64,000 nucleotides of DNA, from NCBI RefSeq assembly GCF_009914755.1, contig NC_060928.1; one strand, written 5' to 3'. Position 1 is the stretch's first letter. Each line of letters opens with the position of its first letter. Positions 13,587-25,879 of this stretch are shown in pieces. The notes under the pieces are model-generated. The model was not told where the DNA came from. It saw only the letters and a list, made by a program, of their open reading frames with translations, and did not search any database. Source of the DNA: the human T2T-CHM13v2.0 reference genome, Homo sapiens. A program made the translations under genes and the position numbers.

Positions 13587-13946
13587 TGTAATGGCATAAA
13601 TTGTGTTTCCCACAAAGGTAAATGTTGAAGTCCCAACCCCCAGTATCACAGAATGTAACTATATTTGAAGATAAGGTCTTTCAGGTGGTGATTATTAAGG
13701 TGGTACACTAATCCAAAAGGCCTGATGTCCTTATAAGAAAAGGGAGAGATATTAGAGATGCATGCATGCAGAGTAAAGGCCCTGTGAAGACACAGCAGGA
13801 TGACAGCTTTCCTCAAGTCCAAGAGAATGACCTCGAGAGAAACCAAATTTGCCAAAACCTTGATCTTGGGTTTCTAGCCTTCAGAATTGTAATAAATTAA
13901 TTTACGTTGTTTAAGATTCCATTGCAGCCCTGGCAAAACTAACACA
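13587..13946 (+). mobile_element. MLT1B-like LTR (3' LTR of the MaLR above)
   Basis: tgtaatggcataaattgtgtttccc...atgttgaagtcccaacccccagta...gcagccctggcaaaactaacaca. Confidence 0.88.
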
Positions 13947-14043
13947 ATGCTGCTATTGTTATATTCAATAAATTTAATGAAGGGAAATGCTGCTAATACA
14001 ATGTTGCTATTGTTGTTTTCAATAAATTTAATGAAGGGAAATG
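13939..14043. repeat. 54-bp two-copy tandem duplication across the LTR end
   Basis: ctaacacaatgctgctattgttatattcaataaatttaatgaagggaaatg repeated at 13993. Confidence 0.85.
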
Positions 14044-14044
14044 T

Positions 14045-15410
14045 GTGTAAAACATAATGTACCCATTAGAAGTACATGAGTCTATGAGTGTTTACAAACA
14101 TATACATACATGAAACCTCCAGTACAATCAGATAGAAAACATTTCTGTCACCCAAAAATGTTTCTTTTTGCCTATTTGCAGTCAATCCCCTCCCCAAAGC
14201 AGGCCTCACACAACCATTGATCTGCTTTCTGTGACTAGAGATTGTTTTTATCTGTTCTACAATTTAATATCAATGGAATAATATACATTATTTAGTGTCT
14301 GGTTTCTTTCAGCTGGCAAGTAGTTGCGTAGATTTTCCAATGATTCTTATTGTGCCAACTGTTTGCTCTTTGCTTTTTGCCTCCTGTCCATCTGTCACAT
14401 TCTACTATTAAAGATTTGTTTTATCTCCAGTTGGAGGCTGATATAGTTTGACTCTGTGTCCTCACCTAAATCTCATGTCAAATTGTAATCCCAGTGCTGA
14501 AGGAGGGGCCTGGTGTGAGGTGATTATATCATGGAGGCCGTTTCTAATGGTTTAGTACCATCCCCCTACTGGTGCCTCCTGATAGAGTTCTTCTGAGATC
14601 TAATTCTTGTAAAGTGTGTGGCACCTTCCCTTTCTCGCTCTTTCCGGCTGGGCATGTGAAGATATGCTTACTTCTCCTTTGCCTTCTGCCATGATTGTAA
14701 GTTTCCTGAGGCCCCCCAAGAAGCAGAATCCTGTACATTCTGTAGAACTGTGAGCCAATTAAAGCTCTTTTCTTCACAAATTACCCAGTCTCAGGTCTAT
14801 CTTTATAGTAGTGTGAGAAGGGACTAATACAGAGCCCTTTGTGAATAAAGGGCTATCAGCATTCATGTACATGTTTTTGTATGGCTATCTATTTTCATTT
14901 TTCTTACATAACGTGTATATGTCCAATTTTTAGGTTTTATGGTATACCTATGTTTAGTTTTATAAGACACTGTTATACTGTTTTCCAAAGTGGATGTACC
15001 ATTTTAGATTTTCATCAGTAAAATATGTTGATTGTTAACAATGTTCCACAGCCCAAACAAACACGTGGTATTCTAAGTCTTTTATATTCTAGCCATTCTA
15101 GCAGGTTTTCATGATATCCCATTGTGATTTAAATTTGTATTTCCTCAGTGAATAATGATGTTAAATATTCTGCTATGTGCTTACCATATTCTCATATTCT
15201 TCTTTAGTGAACTGACTATTCAAGTCTTTTGCCCATTTTAAAAGCTGGCTTGCTTGATTTTTTCCTACTGAGTTGCATGAGTTATTTACATATTCTAATG
15301 TAAGTTCTTTTTCAGATAAATTTAATAATGTGTTCTCCAATTGTGTGACTTGACTTTTCATTTTTAAAATTGGGATTTGTAAAGGAAGTTTTAAATTTTG
15401 CTGAAGACTA
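14045..15410 (-). mobile_element. L1M (MB/MC-like) 3' fragment interrupted by MSTA
   Basis: Antisense 3'UTR and ORF2 end motifs. Confidence 0.75.
14439..14831 (+). mobile_element. MSTA MaLR solo LTR
   Basis: tgatatagtttg...aatggtttagtaccatcccc...ctaataca; TSD gaggc/gagcc. Confidence 0.9.
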
Positions 15411-15414
15411 TATA

Positions 15415-18400
15415 TTTTTTGTTGTTGTTTTTACATTTATAATGTCTTTATTGAAATAACATTGTCATACAATAAAGTAAAAATATGTAAACAATTATTT
15501 GATAAGTTTTGGTACATGTATACACCTATAAAACCACTATTACATGTAGATAATGGACAAATCCATCACAGCCAAAAGTTTTCTTCTGCATATTGTCACA
15601 TCTCTGCACATCCCCTTCCCCACTGCTAATCCTCTTCCCCAGGCAATCAGTAACCTGCTTCTGTCAGTTTAGATTAGTTTGCATTTTATGGAATTTTACA
15701 TAAACAAAATCCCAAAATACGTACTCTTTTGGTGTGGCTTTTTTCACTTGAGAAATAAAAATAAAATCTTAAACCTCCCAATCAACTGAACGAATCCTAA
15801 TCTCCATCTTGGCCAAGGGGAACCCAGAGAAACTTTAAAAACTGAGTTCCTGGCCATGACAGAATGGGAGGTTGGATACACCTCAGTATAACTCCTCTTT
15901 ATTAATCTTTAACCCAAGTGCTTTCCTAAGGAGTAAACAGAAACCAGCTGTAAAAAACAAAAAATGTAAAGCACATTCCTTTGTCTCCTTAGGCCAATCA
16001 TCTGAAGCCAGCAGCAGATGTGACAGCTCACCAGATTTACTGTGCATCTCTTCCTAAAAACTGACCATGATCACCAGACTAGTTTGGAGAGGACGCACAG
16101 AGAGGATTTTTGCATCCTTGGCATCACCTTTTGATGTCAGTGGGTTGAAAACTCTGCTCTTAGATCATGCTCACGCTGCCATTTTTAAATCATTTGACTC
16201 ATGAAGAGGCACAAAGCTCAATTGCACATGTGCACATTTCTCCTTTTATAATTATGACTCCGCTTATAGATTATTAAATATGTATATTCAGCCACCCTAT
16301 TCACCATAAATTCCGGTCTTACTCTTCCCTCACTCGAAGTGCTTGTTTCCAGATTCTGTCAGAGACTGTGCCTCCCTAGCCTGTCCGAATGGCCACTTTG
16401 CAGGATACAACCCTTTAGAAAAAACAAAGTTCTCCTTTGCAAATTTTTTAACCTTGTGACTCTTCAGTCGACATACTTAATATAATTATTTTGAGAGATC
16501 CAAAATATAATTATGTATATCAATAATGTATTCTTTTTATTGAAGAGTAGTATTCCATTATATGGAAATACAATTTGTTTACTCACTTACATGTTGATAG
16601 ACTGCATTGCTTCCAGTTTTTGACTATCGAAAATAAAAATAAAGCCACTACAAGTATTTATGCAGAAGGCTTTGTTTGAAAAAAATACCTTCAGTTTTGA
16701 AATACCTAGGATTGCAATATCTGTGTCCTATGGCAGGTATATTTTTAGCTTTTAGTTAAATGGCGACTGTTTGCAAAGGTAGTTGTGCCACTTTATATTC
16801 CTACCAGCAATTTAATGAGCATTTCATTTGAATCACATCTTCACCAAAATTTGGCATGGTTGGATTTTTTTAATTTTAGGTATACATACATATATATATA
16901 TAATTATATTATCGCGGTTTTAATTTGGGTTTCCTTAATAACTAATTATAATAGGTATCTGTTTATGTGCCTATTTTCTGTATGTATATATTATTTGGAG
17001 AAATGTCTATTTAGACATTTGTCCATTTGTTTATTAGTTTCTTTTATTTCTTATTGACCTTTGAGATTTATTTGTACATCCTGAACTCAAATTATTTTAC
17101 AAATATGTGATTTGCTAGCCATTTATATTAGCCTGTGACTTGTTTTTTTATTCTTTTACAGTGTCTTTTGAAAAGTAAAATCCTTACTTTTGATGAAGTC
17201 CAATTTATTGACTTTTTAATGTTAATATGTTGTGATGTTTTGTCTAAAAATCTTTGCCTAACCATTACTGTGTCATCTCCATTACTGCTTTACTTTTATC
17301 TATAAGTTTATAGCTTTAGGTTTTTCATTTCAGTCTGTAATCCAATTTGCATTCATTTTGGAAATGTGAGAAGTAAAGCTCTAATTTTCTTTTTTTTCCC
17401 ATAAGAATATTCAAATTTTCTAGTACTGAGTATTAAAATTACTATGTTTCTTCATTGAATTATCACTTTGTCAGAAATTAACAGATTTTAAATTTGTAGC
17501 TCTTGTTCTGGGTTTTCTATTTGTTTTACTAGTTTATTTATAGTAATAGCACGCTGTCTTGCTTAATGTAGTTTTATAATACTCTTGAAACAAGATAGTA
17601 AAAATTCTCAAACAATATATTTTTATATCTCAAAGTTGTCTTATTCCAGTTTCTTGCATTTTTATATGAATTTTGGAATTAGCTTTTTAATTTCTGCAAA
17701 ATGCTCTACAGAAATTTTGATAAACATTGCCTTGAAACTATACATTGATCTATGGAGCATTGACATTTTAAAATATTGAATTGTCTGAGCCATGAAATCA
17801 GTAATCTTTTTATTTATTTAAATTTTTTAAATTTCACTCACCAATGTTTCAGATTATACTTTGCCAAATTTATCTATGAATATTTAATTTTTCATACTAT
17901 GGTCAATTACATTGTTCTAATTTCAATTTCTGATTGTTACTAGTGTATAGAAATATAGTTGAGTTTACATATTGATCTTGTATTCTACAACTTTGATAAT
18001 TCACCTACTATTTTAGTAGCTATCAAAAATAAATTTAATAAAATTTCCTTCATAATCATGCCATCTATGAAACAAATAAACACATACCCAAGGACAGTTG
18101 TATTGTTTTCCAATGTAGATGCCCATTATGTTATTGATATTATTATTTGACTTGTTACAATGAGTAGCATTTTTAGTACTAGTCATTGTAAAAGAAATGA
18201 GTGGTATATGTTTACCTTGTTCATGATCTTTAAGGGAAAGCATTCAGTCTTTCATCATTAATAATAATGTTAGCTGTGTGTTTTTCAGAGGTCTTCAAAC
18301 AATTTCAGAAAGTTCTCTTCTATTCTTAGATTGCTGAGTATTAACTTCGTGAATATAAATTGAACTTATCATAAGATTGTTCTCTATGAAATTATCATGT

Positions 18401-18985
18401 AATTAGCTTCTTTTTATTCCATTAAAGTGTTGAACTACACTGATTTGTTTTTGAATGTTATAATCTTATATTCCTGGCATAATACCCACTTAGTTATGGT
18501 GCATTATCCTTTTTATATATTTCTAGATAATATAAACTAGTCTTTTGCTGAGGATTTTTTTATATAAGTGTACTAAGAATATTGGATGGTAATGTGATTT
18601 TTTTCTTGTAATATTTTTGTTAGTTTTGGTATTAGAATAATGTTGGTCTCATTAAATGCATTGGAAAGTGTTTCCTATTCTTCTAGTTAAAAAAGTGTAC
18701 TATTGGTATTCCTACCTTAAATGTTTGAGATTATTCACTGACAAGGCCATCTAGCTTTGGATGTTTTTATTTTAAAATGGCTTTCAATTTTGGGTTCAAT
18801 TTCTATTTTAGACATAGAGCTATTACAAATTTTTAATCTTTTCAGTTTTTATATTGATGTCTCCAAAACTCTTGCATATTTTAAATTACATTGATGAAAT
18901 TTTTGTCATAGTATATTGATAGTATTATTCACTATTATGCTCCTAAGACCCTATAGCGATGTCCTCTTTTTAATTCCTTGGAAAT
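15415..18985 (-). mobile_element. L1MC/MD-like element (3'UTR plus ORF2 remnant)
   Basis: T-rich antisense L1 with gggaaagcattcagtctttcatcattaa and similar ORF2 motifs; interrupted by an ERV1 LTR. Confidence 0.8.
15749..16473 (+). mobile_element. ERV1 MER4-group solo LTR (MER72/MER49-like)
   Basis: tgagaaataaaaataaaatcttaa...cttggccaaggggaacccagagaaac...gtcgaca; 4-bp TSD cact/tact. Confidence 0.8.
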
Positions 18986-18989
18986 ACAC

Positions 18990-19800
18990 ACAGAATGAGT
19001 CTCTGCACTAACTGGGTCCACTGTGAGTAAGACTTGAGATGAAACTTGACCTATTACCTGAAGACCATGAACTCCAATTTCCCCAATTTTTATTGGTAGG
19101 ACATTAAGGTGTTTTGGATTCCCAGGCACTGACATCTTAAAGCCAGTTTCTTACGCTCCTCAACCAAATCTGTGTATTTTCTTTTCCAAATGCATTATCA
19201 CTCTAGCAAATGACCATAAATCTCTTTTGAGGAGATTTGGAGGATGATAGGAAGCATTTACTTCTCACAATGGTGTAAGGTCATTTCCTGAAGGTGACTT
19301 GTTCTCCCTGTCATTCAAGAATTTTTTGTGTGTTTGTTTGTGAATTTACTGACATCTAGCTGAGTGAGATGCTGCAACTTCCTACCATGGAAGTTGATGC
19401 AGGTTTTTCTATAATATAGATCATGACACAATCTAGTAGGCACTCCAGACTGGCTTGAAGAAGATGTGTCCATGGCTCACAAGTTTAGTGAGTTGTCATC
19501 CAAATAGGATTTGCTGTATATCTGCCCTCTGGAGTGAGGGTGAGCTTGCCAAAGGGAAGCCTTGCTGCTGCTGGTCACTGGCCGCTGGTAAAAACAAGTG
19601 CTCTCTCTGTGGAAGTCCAACAGGATGAGCATGCTGGAAGCAGGAAGAGAAATGCTTTTGTATTCCAGTGAAGCTGAAGCAATTTCTATTGATTAAGCCT
19701 AATATCAGGCCATCTGGTAAAGTACAAATGCCTTAAAAGATTTTCCCTATTACACACAAGGAAGAGAGAATTTGGAACTTAGAGTCCATTAGTTGGTTAT
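18990..19800 (-). mobile_element. ERVL internal fragment plus old ERVL LTR remnant
   Basis: ctgggtccactgtgagtaagacttgag...gttttggattcccagg resembles ERVL gag/protease region; 19480-19800 resembles LTR41/52-type LTR. Confidence 0.5.
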
Positions 19801-19809
19801 TACCCAATT

Positions 19810-20229
19810 GTCATATATTTTACTTGTCCATATGTTCTGCCATTCCAATATGCATCACTATTTTTTCTTATTTAAATAGTCAATTATATTTAAAATATTT
19901 TAAACAGGAAATACTTTTATTTACCTATTTACTATCTCTTATGCTTTGCATCTCTTTGTGTAAATTAAAATTTCCACTGGAAGCAATTTCTCTCCTCTCC
20001 TCTTGATTAACTTCCTTAACCTTTTCTCATAGCGCAGGCCTGTGAGCAACAGATTGTGCCAGATTGTCTTTGTCTAAAAAAATTTTTTTACCTTCATTTT
20101 TATTTCATATTTTTGATAAAGCTAGTATTTGAGGTACAAAACATTTTTTCCAGCATAAATATGATGTCTTTTGTCTTCTGGCTTGCACTGATTGCTGGAG
20201 TATTAGAGTTCTCCAGAGAAACAAACAAT

Positions 20230-20267
<38 letters not shown>

Positions 20268-21282
20268 ATTAAGGAGGTTGGAACGTTCAAATCTACAGTG
20301 CTGTGTGGGGCCATAGAGTAGAGACTCAAGAGAGCCAATGATGCAGATGAAGTCTGAAGGTAAGCTGCTGAGAATTCCCCCTTGGTAAAGGAGGCCAGTC
20401 TTTTTGTTCTAGTCAAGTCTTCAACTGATTTTATGAGCCCTACCCACATTATGAGGGCAATCTACTTAACACAAGGTTCACTGATTTAAATGTCAGCCTC
20501 ATCCAAAACACTGTCCACACAGACACATAAAATTATCTATTGCAGATCATTCTTATTTTTGTTTCCTTTTATATACAATGTCTTTTCACTTTTAATGTTA
20601 ACATTTTCTTTGTATCACTAGTGTTCAGCCTATTTAATTATGATATGCCTCAATGTATTGTTCTGTATGCTTATTTTGGTTGAAAGTTCATTCATGATCT
20701 GATCAACTAATTATATAATATATAATTATATATGCTATATATAATTATATATTATATATGCTATATGCAAAACACATTTATAAGATCTGTTTTGAAGTCA
20801 TTTTCCATTAACATCATTTTATCTATCGTTTTTGACTCTGCTTTTATTGATTGATTATAGGCCCCATTTTTTCTTGTTTCTTTGCATACTTAATAATTTC
20901 TGATTGGATATGAAACACTGTGAATTATATGTTTTCCAACATCTGAAATTCATCTTCTTTAAAAGGATACAGAACATTGCTTTGGATGACACTGACATTT
21001 TATTGATAAGGCTTAACCTTTGGACTCTTGTTGTGGCAGCTCTAAGTTGCTTCTACCCCAGGGTTTGTTTAGCCCTACCACTAAAGTGTTAGCCTTCTCA
21101 GGTCTCTAATGACTGCCTCAGGGGTTCAATGAGACTGTTCTGACTCGTAGAAATACTAGTATCTTCCAGCTCTGGGAATTCTTTACCTAATAGTACTCTG
21201 ATATTTCTTTGCCTGGTCTTTTGAAATCACATTCTCTATGTTGCAGCAACATGTTCAAGGGGATAGCTAAGCAGATTTTTAG

Positions 21283-21337
<55 letters not shown>

Positions 21338-21640
21338 CTCTGTTTTATAGTACTCATCCCTGAAAATTCTAACTGCTTTAGCCTCCCCAAACTTTCTTTT
21401 ATCTTCTCAAATGAGACCTCCGCTCCCTCTACCACATTATGAAAAGTACCCGCAGAACAAAACCCAGGGTGATTCACCTTATTTGCTTCTTTTCTTTCAG
21501 AGCTAACGATCCCACACTCCTTATTTTATACTGTCTGAAAATAATTGCTTTATATATTTGTCCAGTTTTCTAGCTTCTTACAGAAGGAAATTACGTCCAG
21601 TATCAGTTATTCCAAATGACTAGAAATGTATGTCCTTTAA
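19810..21640 (-). mobile_element. L1M ORF1/5' region remnant interrupted by MLT2
   Basis: Degenerate antisense L1M motifs; contains TA-rich tract 20705-20765 and (TG)n 21285-21332. Confidence 0.55.
20198..20544 (-). mobile_element. MLT2C/D-like LTR containing (TG)n
   Basis: gtattagagttctccagagaaacaaacaatagg...ccctacccacattatgagggcaatc...gacacataaaatta. Confidence 0.85.
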
Positions 21641-21779
21641 GTTGGTTTATATTATTTTAATTTTATACTTGAATAAATAAATGCTCAGGGTTTTTTTCTT
21701 TTTGATTGTCAATCCTCTAGTTTCACATTTTAGAAAGTAAATGCCTAAATACTACAACAATCACCATTTGGAGAATCTA

Positions 21780-21896
21780 CCCAGTATCAAGCAAAATGCT
21801 AAACATGCAACATATCATATTTCATCTCATCTTTTGACAATGCCTTGGAAGTTTTATCATCCCACTTTCTAAATGAAGTAATTAAATACAAGGCAA
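21780..21896 (-). mobile_element. MIR 3' half (5' half at ~24935-25011 on +)
   Basis: ttttatcatcccactttctaaatgaagtaatt is MIR core antisense. Confidence 0.6.
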
Positions 21897-21972
21897 TATC
21901 ATGGACTAAATATTAGTGTCACCACTCCCCCCGCCATTGATATTTTGAAATCTTATCCCCAGGCTGTGATGG
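21897..21972 (+). mobile_element. MLT1A LTR 5' piece (remainder at 25012-25326 on -)
   Basis: tatcatggactaaat...tattttgaaatcttatccccaggctgtgatgg. Confidence 0.8.
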
Positions 21973-22505
21973 TGTTACAGGAAAGGGATCTTGATCCAGA
22001 CACCAAGAGTGGGCTCTTGGATCTCGCATAAGAAAGAATTCAGGGAGAGTCTGCTGTGCAAAGTGAAAGCAAATTTATTAAGAAAGTAAAGGAATAAAAT
22101 AATGGCTATTCCATAGACAGAGCAGCCCTGAGGGCTGCTGGTTGCCCATTTTTATGGCTATTTCTTGATGATATGCTAAACAAGGGGTGAATTATTCATG
22201 CCTCCCCTTTTTAGTTGCCATGGCATTTGTAAACTGTCACGGTGCTGGTGGGAGTGAGTGTAGCAGTGAGGGTGACCAGAGGTCACTCTCATCACCATTT
22301 TGTTTTGATGGGTTTTGGCTGGCTCCTTTACTGCAACCTGTTTTATCAGCAAGGTCTTCATGACCTATATTTTGTGCTGACCTCCTATCTCATCCTGTGA
22401 ACTAGAATGCCTTAACCATCTGTGAATACAGCCCAGTAGATTTCAGCCTGATTTTACCCAGCTGCTATTTAAGATGGAGTTGCTCTGGTTCACAGCTGTC
22501 TGACA
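21973..22505 (-). mobile_element. MER41A ERV1 solo LTR
   Basis: Close match to MER41A antisense; ~23-bp internal deletion near 22213 relative to the second copy. Confidence 0.95.
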
Positions 22506-22645
22506 AATATAAAGGAAATGGTCAACCCCCACTAACCGTCATGACCTGAGCCAGTCCCTCTGGGTTAAAATTTAAAATTGCCCTGGTCAAAAAGAAAGTC
22601 CATTCAGAAGGCCAGGGGGCCTTAGCATTTTATTGTTGGTTTACA
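22506..22645 (-). mobile_element. MER4(B/D)-like LTR 5' piece
   Basis: Reverse complement reads tgtaaaccaacaataaaatgctaaggccccc...gaatggacttt. Confidence 0.8.
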
Positions 22646-22776
22646 GGGTTCTTTATGCAGGAACATTAAGTACAAATCAAGGCTATCCTGGAAAACAAGG
22701 ATGCCTGGTCATTCTATTTATAGTGGATGTTTTCTCTGAAGTTTGGACCATTGCTGAGACCTGTGCGACGTTGCAT

Positions 22777-23209
22777 TGTAAACCAAAATGTACATGACAC
22801 AGGTCTCAAACAATTTAGAAGTTGATTTTGCCAAGGTTAAGGAATATGCCAGGGAGACAGATCCGTGCTCTTCTCTAAAGATAAATTTGAGGGTTTCAGT
22901 ATTTAAAGGGGAAAAGCAGGGTAGATGAGAAAGAGGGAGGATATGGTCACATTACTGAATCCATACATTGCAAGAGAAAAGGAGTAGGTAGGAGAATAGT
23001 CAATTATGGATTCATCTGGTGCTCACTAATTGACACTTTACATAAGATAAGGTGAACATAGAGTATCTACCTATGCAGATATTTAACCTTCTATCTCTAC
23101 GTGATGAGAAACAAAGGGAAGGCAGCTTCTTGCATGGCTCAGCTTTCAGGTTAATTTTTTTCTTTTGGCAGAGTGAATTGGGATCCCAAGTTTTTATTTT
23201 CCTTTCACA
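22777..23209 (-). mobile_element. MER4A/C-like ERV1 solo LTR
   Basis: Ends gaattgggatcccaagtttttattttcctttcaca; perfect TSD gcat (22773-22776, 23210-23213). Confidence 0.88.
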
Positions 23210-23577
23210 GCATCAACCCTGGGTTAGGTAACACCATCTCCACGGAAATGGCCTGACATCTTGTATAAAAACTAACCTTACAGTGACCACCAAATAGGCG
23301 CAAAATGTGTACAGGTGGGGAGCTGCAATATAACTTCAGGCTTCCCCAAAAAATGTTTCATCTGAGACTCTATGGTTGAACAACAGTCAGATAGGTTACT
23401 GGATGTGGCCCTTTTCAAGTAATGCACTAATTTATTCATTTCTGCAAGACAAATCATGTAAAAAAAAGACGAATAATCAGGCTTAAGGGTTAAACATGAG
23501 CCAGGTAGTCCTGAGACTTAACTCTGGGGAGAAAACGGCAATCACTGAACCATTTCTAAACATATAGGTAATAATAG

Positions 23578-24232
23578 TGAAACCACCTTTGCAAAAATCA
23601 TATCAGTAAAAATAACTGTATAGTGATCTAACCCACCCCTACCCCCATCTTACCTTTCCCTTAATTATTCCTGGGATTTTGGACCAAGCTAGAGAGACAT
23701 TTAGGCTCTGGTTTAAATGATAACAGCCCTTCCCCAAAATTCAACCACCTTTATAGAGCTAATGAAAGACTATCAGGCTGAGGGAAGAGAGAAATCTGAA
23801 TTCTACTAAGGTATAGTCATAGACTGCCAGCCATTCCTGCACCTAACAACCACTACAGTAGATTAGTCTTCTGAGATATCTTTTCAGGGTTTTTTTTTTG
23901 CATGTCTAACATCCATGGCTCCATCTGTACCTGCCAAGCCTGCTCCTGTGGCCTTACGCAGAAGTGATTCAGCACGCAGGAGGACAGCTTTGAACTCCTA
24001 TGATTCATCTTTGCCCCAGTCAATCAGTAGCAAGCCTAGCAACCACCACCCCTTCCTCCAAATTGCATTTGAAAAACCCGTAACCTACAAGTGTTGAATG
24101 AGACTGATTTGAGTACAAACTCCATCTTCCACTTGGCAAGGCCAGCCTTGTGTGTATTAAATTCTTTTTTTACTGCAATGCTATGGTCTTTCTTTGTGCA
24201 GCAGGCAGAAAGAAGCCCTCTGGCAGTTATAA
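23578..24232 (+). mobile_element. LTR8-family-like ERV1 solo LTR
   Basis: tgaaaccacctttgcaaaa start; gagactgatttgagt...ctccatc; ends ggcagtta. Confidence 0.8.
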
Positions 24233-24387
24233 CATAATCTAATCATTAAATATTTTCTTGGATATAACATAGAAAATAAATTTTGCTGCACGGGTGTTGC
24301 AGGTGATAAGTTATCACAAGTATATGGTCATAGATAATATTAACTTGAAGTAACGTGGTAGAAGGAGACAAAAAACATAAAAGTTGT

Positions 24388-24463
24388 ATGTTTTGTACTA
24401 GTTTTGTATAACCATATTAATTTATGTAAATTAATATGGTTATACAAAACTAGTATAAAACAT
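24388..24463. repeat. AT-rich palindrome, 37-bp arms, 2-bp spacer
   Basis: 24388-24424 is the reverse complement of 24427-24463 with 1 mismatch. Confidence 0.95.
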
Positions 24464-25011
24464 GAAACTACTATAAAACATATTAGTTTATGTAAATTAA
24501 TGTTTATATAAAACTAGTAATAACTAATATGATATACTAGTTATATCAAAAGGAAGGATATGAATTAGGAGTAGAATTAACAAACATGGATAGGAATTTT
24601 GTAAAATTTGTGGCTTGGTATCACCCACTGAGAGGAAATATAGGACAAAAATTTGTTTTTGGCAAGGTCTATGAGTTGGGGAATGGGGAATAATTAATGA
24701 AAGTGGAAAAGAGAGAAAAACAAAAAGAAATAATTCTTGTACGTCATGATTGTGCCAGGTTCTGCCCAATTTAACTTCAGTTGTGTATATTTTTTGTTTC
24801 ACAAAGTAATTCCACTATCCAAAGTGAATTAATATAATTTATTTTTCTGAATAGATAATATTTATCTTATCAGATAATATCTATCTTATAATTTATCTTT
24901 TTGAACTGTTTCATTGACATGGGTCAGCATACTGTTTGAGAACTGGATCAGAGATTAAGGAAATACTTGGGTTTGATGCCTACTGGACTTTGCAGTATTA
25001 CTTAACCCATC

Positions 25012-25326
25012 TGTCTTAGTCAGTTCAAGCCTTTTATAACCAAGTATCAGAGTCTGCATGGCCATGACAGATTTATTTCTCACAGTTCTGAGAGAACGAG
25101 AATCAGGAATGAGAATGGGAAGAAGCTGGGAATTCTAAGTACCTGCAGATTTGATAACTGGTAACTGACCACTTTCTGGTTGACAGTTGTCTTTACCCTG
25201 TGCCCTTACATAATGGAAGGGGTGAGGAGCTCTCTGAAGCCTCTATTATAAATACAACAATTCCATTCATAAATATTCTCTGTGCTCATAACCTAATCTC
25301 CCAAAGGCCCCACCTCCAATTACCAT
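25012..25326 (-). mobile_element. MLT1A LTR main piece
   Basis: tgtcttagtcagttc...atttatttctcacagttctg...ctcccaaaggccccacctccaattaccat. Confidence 0.85.
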
Positions 25327-25879
25327 TGTCAGATACGTGTGAACTAGAGTAACTCCATTTTAAATAGGAGCTGGGTAAAATGAGGCTGAAACCTACTGGG
25401 CTGCATTCCCAGATGGTTGAGGCATTCTAATTCACAGGATGAGATAGGAGGTCAGCACAAAACACAGGTCATAAAGACCTTGCTGATAAAACAGGTTGCA
25501 GTAAAGGAGCCGGCCAAAACCCACCAAAACCAAAATGGCAATGAGAGTGACCTCTGGTCGTCCTCACTGCTACACTCCCACCAGCGCCTTGACAGTTTAC
25601 AAATGCCATGGCAACATCAGGAAGTTACCCTACATGGTCTAAAAGGGGAGGCACGAATAATCCACCCCTTGTTTGGCATATCATCAAGAAATAACCATAA
25701 AAATGGGCAACCAGCAGCCCTCAAGGCTGCTCTGTCTATGGAGTAGCTATTCTTTTATTCCTCTACTTTCTTAATAAACTTGCTTTCACTTTGCACTGCA
25801 GACTCGCCCTGAATTCTTTCTTGTGCGAGATCCAAGAGCCCCCTCTTGGGGTCTAGATCCGGACCACTTTTCTGTAGCA
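25327..25879 (+). mobile_element. MER41A ERV1 solo LTR (full length, 553 bp)
   Basis: tgtcaga...ctgggtaaaatgaggctgaaacctactgggctgcattccc...aataaacttgctttcac...ctgtagca. Confidence 0.95.

Noticed and set aside
21973-25879. Two MER41 LTRs as the ends of one provirus
   Set aside because: They are in inverted orientation, and the spacer contains other solo LTRs rather than MER41 internal sequence.
25327-25879. Interferon-inducible STAT1 MER41 enhancer
   Set aside because: The copy is MER41A-type; I do not see the tandem GAS (TTCnnnGAA) pair described for MER41B.
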